Shown in pieces: positions 34,393-38,186 of a DNA stretch of 38,186 nucleotides. Below the pieces are notes generated by a model. It was not told the origin of the DNA, did not search any database, and saw only the letters and a list, made by a program, of their open reading frames with translations. A program made the translations under genes and the position numbers. The first letter of the stretch is position 1; the number at the start of each line of letters is the position of its first letter. Origin of the DNA: an uncultured delta proteobacterium (lineage in GTDB: Bacteria; Desulfobacterota; RBG-13-43-22); the NCBI GenBank assembly GCA_963743305.1, contig CAVUPH010000004.1, positions 1 through 38,186 on the forward strand, in the 5' to 3' direction.

Positions 34393-37235
34393 ATGAAAAA
34401 GCGGCCCAAGGGCAGCTTATTGTATCTCGGCATTATCTTGCTAGTGTTGTTTGTTGGAATGGCAGTGCCTTTATCTGTTCAAGGGGGAACTACAACGCGG
34501 GTATCGGTAGCCTCAGATGGAACACAAGCAAATGCGGGGTCATCCGATCCCTCGATTTCCGCCGATGGGCGCTATATAGCTTTTGCGTCCTCAGCAAGCA
34601 ATCTGGTCTCAGAGGATACTAATAATGCGAGCGATGTATTTGTACACGACCGGGTGACGGGCCAAACCACCCGGGTTTCGGTATCCTCCGATGGAACTCA
34701 AGGGAATGATGATTCAGGCTCCGCATCTATTTCCGCCGATGGGCGCTATGTAGTTTTTGCGTCCTCAGCAAGCAATCTGGTCTCAGGGGATAATAATGTG
34801 GGCGATGTATTTGTACACGACCGGGTGACGGGCCAAACCACACTGGTTTCGGTGGCCTCCGACGGAACACAGGGGGACAATGCTTCCTGGTCACCATCGA
34901 TTTCTGTTGATGGTCGTTATGTGGCATTTCAATCCCGAGCCAGTAACCTGGTCTCAGAGGATACCAATGGAGGATATGGGGATATATTTGTGCACGACCG
35001 GGTGACGGGCCAAACCACACTGGTTTCGGTGGCCTCCGATGGAACTCAAGGGAATTCCGAACCCCAAAGCCCCTCGATCTCCGCCGATGGTCGTTATGTA
35101 GCTTTTGCGTGTAGCTCCAATCTGGTTCCAAACGATACAAACGGAGGTTTTGATATTTTTGTTCACGACCGGGTGACAGGCCAAACCACACGGGTTTCGG
35201 TGGCCTCCGATGGAACACAAGGGAATGCAGGGGGGCCAATGTCTGGGTCCGGGCTTATGCCCTCAATATCTGCCGATGGACGTTATGTGGCATTTGAATC
35301 CGATGCCACCAACCTAGTTCCAGGAGAAACAAATGGATATAGGGATATTTTTGTACACGACCGGATGACGGGTCTTACCACACGGGTTTCGGTGGCCTCG
35401 GATGGGACACAAGCAAATGAGAGGTCATATCATCCCTCGATTTCTGCCGATGGGCGTTATGTAGCTTTTTATTCCTCAGCGAGCAACCTGGGAAATGGGG
35501 CATGGGGAACATTTGTCCACGATCAGGTGACGGGGCAGACCACAATGGTTTCAGTAGCCTCGGACGGAACTCCTGGATATGGCGGTTATCCCTCGATCTC
35601 TGCCGATGGTCGTTATGTAGCTTTTTATTCCCAAGCAACCAATCTGGTCTCTGGGGATACTAATGGAGCCTTAGATGTTTTTGTTCATGACCGACAGGGT
35701 GGATCAGTGGGTCCATTCTTAGATCTCCCAATATCTTTAGCTGATCCATACACTGGCCTCACAGGAAATAAATCTGGAACTACCGGAAATAAGGTGAATA
35801 GTTGGTTTGACCATCAATATCCTACGTATAATAAAGATAATAAAGATAATAAAGATGGAAAAATAAGATTATATGACCAGATTAATCCCCTTGAAGGTGC
35901 TGCTTTGGGCAGTTGCTCAAACGGATATAATTGTTATGATGGGCATAATGGCATAGACTTCCAGCATGACTATAGCAAACCTAATGAACCTGTTTTAGCA
36001 GCAGCGTCTGGTACGGTGGTGGAAATTTGTGATAATTATAGTGCATTTCCTCGCTGTTCAAGGGGGTATGATTATGGTAATTACGTAGTAATAAATCATA
36101 CGGGCGTATCTGATAATAGATATGCAACGATGTATGCTCATTTGCGTTCTGTCGATCAAGCAATTTCATTAAATCCTGTAGTTTTATCAGGTCAACAAAT
36201 CGGAATTATGGGCAACACTGGAACTGAAAGAATCCATCTTCATTTCAGCGTTTTTTATGATGAAAACAATGATAGGGAATGGGCCTTTAGTGAAGTAGTC
36301 GATCCCTTTGGTTGGGAGGGAAGTGACGAAGACCCGTGGGTTACTGCAAATGGTCCAACCAGTAGATGGTTATGGAAATACCCCCGACTAAAACAAGCGG
36401 TCATAGGGACTCAAGGAGGAACAATTTCCACACCCGAGGGAAAGGTAACTGTTACTATTCCGCCAGAAAATTTAACAGAACCGGTTACCGTCGAACTATC
36501 CAGGTTATCCTCTATAAAAAGGATTGCTTCGAATTTCCGATCCCTTGGAAGATCTATATGGTTAAGGGTTCTAGATTGGCTGTCACCAGGTAATACAATA
36601 AAAACTTTTTCCGAAGGTTTAGTAAATTTCCCCCAACCCATAACTATCACATTCAAATATCCGGAAAATCTTTCCCCCATTTGAATGAAAACCAAATAAC
36701 TGTTTGCCATTTGGATGAAATTAATGATTCCTGTCTTCCTTTACCAACCTCGTTAGATATAAATCTTAAGCAGGCGAGTGCACAGACGTTTCTTACTGGA
36801 TACTTTGACCTTCAGTCTCCGCTTTTTTGTCCGTCTGACATTTATGAACCAAATGATGATCTTGATCATGCAAGCAGCATTACACCTAATGAAGCACAGG
36901 TGACCACTTTGTTTGATATTTCACAGGATGAGGATTGGTTCAAGTTTTATTCACTGGCGGGAAGTAAAAACGTAATCGAGACGGTCAATCTGGCTGCCGG
37001 CGTTGACACAGTTTTGGATTTATATGACATAGACGGGACAACTCTTCTCTCTTCAAATGATAATTATGGGGCAGGCCTTGGTTCCTATATCGAATGGAGG
37101 GCTCCTATCGAAGGAACGTATTTTATTCGGATATCCCAAGCTCCAGGCAGTAGCTTTGGGTGCTCTTCCAGTTATGAGATTAAGGTCACCCAAACAAATT
37201 ACCTTTATTTGCCGTTGATTCTAAGGGTTTTTTAA
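34393..37235 (+). CDS. Secreted protein: 7-repeat TolB/PD40-like beta-propeller, M23 peptidase, ZU5-like and PPC-like domains, YLPLILR tail; one frameshift near 36680
   Basis: Signal peptide; 7 x (SISADGRYVAF..NLV..DVFVHDRVTG); M23 motifs HNGID, YAHL, HLHF. ORF 36681-37235 continues after a C5 run with DIYEPND..DEDWFKF..DTVLDLYD..NDN. Confidence 0.82.
34489..35700 (+). repeat. Seven intragenic tandem repeats of about 170 bp encoding propeller blades
   Basis: Recurring cacgaccgggtgacgggccaaaccac and gccgatgg(g/t)cg(c/t)tatgt. Confidence 0.9.
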
Positions 37236-37238
37236 TAG

Positions 37239-37493
37239 ATTAATGACGACCGAGACCATGACGGACTGACGGACGCAGAGGAAATCGCTCTGGGTATGAA
37301 TGTGAGTAATCCCGATACCGACGGGGACGGGCTGTTGGACGGATGGGAATATTATCTGGGCACCAACCGTTAACTAAAGGACACCGATGGCGACGGCTAC
37401 AACGACTACCAGGAAGTCATGGCCGGTTCGGATCCATTGGATCCTAATTCGACGCCGAAGTACTGGATATATTTGCCGCTTATCGTGAGATAG
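37239..37493 (+). pseudogene. Orphan C-terminal cassette: DxDGDG Ca-binding (TSP3-like) repeats plus YLPLIVR tail; no start codon, internal TAA
   Basis: My translation: INDDRDHDGLTDAEEIALGMNVSNPDTDGDGLLDGWEYYLGTNR*LKDTDGDGYNDYQEVMAGSDPLDPNSTPKYWIYLPLIVR*. Confidence 0.8.
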
Positions 37494-37510
37494 CTGCGGT
37501 CAGCGCTATA

Positions 37511-37630
37511 CCCCCAGTCTCGGGGCGGGTTCCAACGAAGCATGAAAATCCCCCCCATACGAGGCCGTTTTATCAGAGCAGCGACACGTCGCGGCCCTTG
37601 AAAGCGCGGTCGTGCCCGCGCAGTCCAAAA
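37511..37630 (+). repeat. Degenerate family B core, copy 3, followed by a REP-like palindrome
   Basis: cccagtctcggggcgggttccaacgaagcatgaaaatcccc; then aaagcgcggtcgtgcccgcgcagtccaaa. Confidence 0.55.
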
Positions 37631-37712
37631 GGAAAAATGAGGAGCAACGCCAGCCAAAAAAGAAGTCCTTTGTAAAACGGATGTGTGTTTTCAATCTTAG
37701 TTTTGGGGAATT

Positions 37713-37850
37713 GTGGAAATGGGACTTTCAAGAAGACTTGGAGGCGGCCGCTGCCTATATCCAACGGGATTCCTTATTGAAAAAGAACGGATTTCTATTC
37801 TGGCCCTAATTCATGGAAGAAGGCATTTTAGGGATGCATTGGAGGAAAAG
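37713..37850 (+). pseudogene. Internally deleted RelE/ParE-family toxin remnant
   Basis: N-terminal EDLEAAAAYIQRDS is joined, with a frame change, to C-terminal IEKERISILALIHGRRHL. Confidence 0.6.
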
Positions 37851-38186
37851 GTTCGTTAGTACATCTCCAAATCGACGAGATGACAGACGCCGTCGGTGAT
37901 CAGTGGTCCGGTTCGGATCCTTTTGATTTTTAATTCTTTTTCTAACCGTCCCCTCATCAACCCCCAATTCTCTCCCTTAAATGATTAACAAGGGGACGAG
38001 GAGGGGCAAGCTGCCAAAAAAGTCCCGAAGTCCATACCTGGGAAGGGACTGAAGGCAACCATCAAGTAGGACTATCAGATATATATAATAGTTTCTTAAG
38101 GAACATTGGTTCCCCGATAAAGACATCCTGGAATGTCGAGAAATTACCTATAAATGCAATAAAGAGTCTGATATCATTCAGCAAAA

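Noticed and set aside
34489-35700. Regular repeats as a CRISPR array or DGR template/variable pair
   Set aside because: They are in-frame coding repeats of about 170 bp; differences are not adenine-restricted, and there is no cas or reverse transcriptase gene
35830-35856. aataaagat x3 as a phase-variation switch
   Set aside because: The 9-nt unit keeps the frame (NKD x3), so it changes only loop length
36670-36684. Programmed frameshift in the M23 gene
   Set aside because: There is no canonical slippery heptamer in frame; one extra C in the C5 run restores the frame, typical of a sequencing error

Overview
This is a chromosomal window from an anaerobic, deltaproteobacterial-type (Desulfobacterota/Syntrophales-like) bacterium; the taxonomy is inferred from gene content and repeat types. 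(1) 1-6.4 kb: a LIV-type ABC uptake operon with an embedded AMP-dependent acyl-CoA ligase, next to a two-subunit 2-hydroxyacyl-CoA dehydratase. (2) 6.6-22.8 kb: a sensory cluster with four histidine kinases carrying PocR, Cys-rich GAF and Cys-rich PAS inputs, an orphan solute-binding lipoprotein, a PAS-PAS-zinc-motif protein, a GalT-like enzyme and a deletion scar joining a ferredoxin to an aldehyde:ferredoxin oxidoreductase tail. (3) 23-32 kb: housekeeping genes (pgeF, pyrK, pyrD, selB, surE, two-subunit fumarase) and a DUF4214-methyltransferase. (4) 32-38 kb: a lower-GC accessory region with two lipoproteins, hicBA, a secreted 7-blade propeller/M23 peptidase ending in YLPLILR, an orphan Ca-binding tail ending in YLPLIVR, and several gene remnants. 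Intergenic gaps hold at least two multi-copy MITE-like families plus REP-like and heptamer repeats. I saw no rRNA, tRNA, CRISPR array or transposase. Several frameshifts look like long-read indel errors. The best novelty candidates are the conserved CxC-x20-C-x4-C GAF sensors, a repeat element whose fixed ends carry interchangeable palindromic cargo, and the YLPLIxR tail cassettes.
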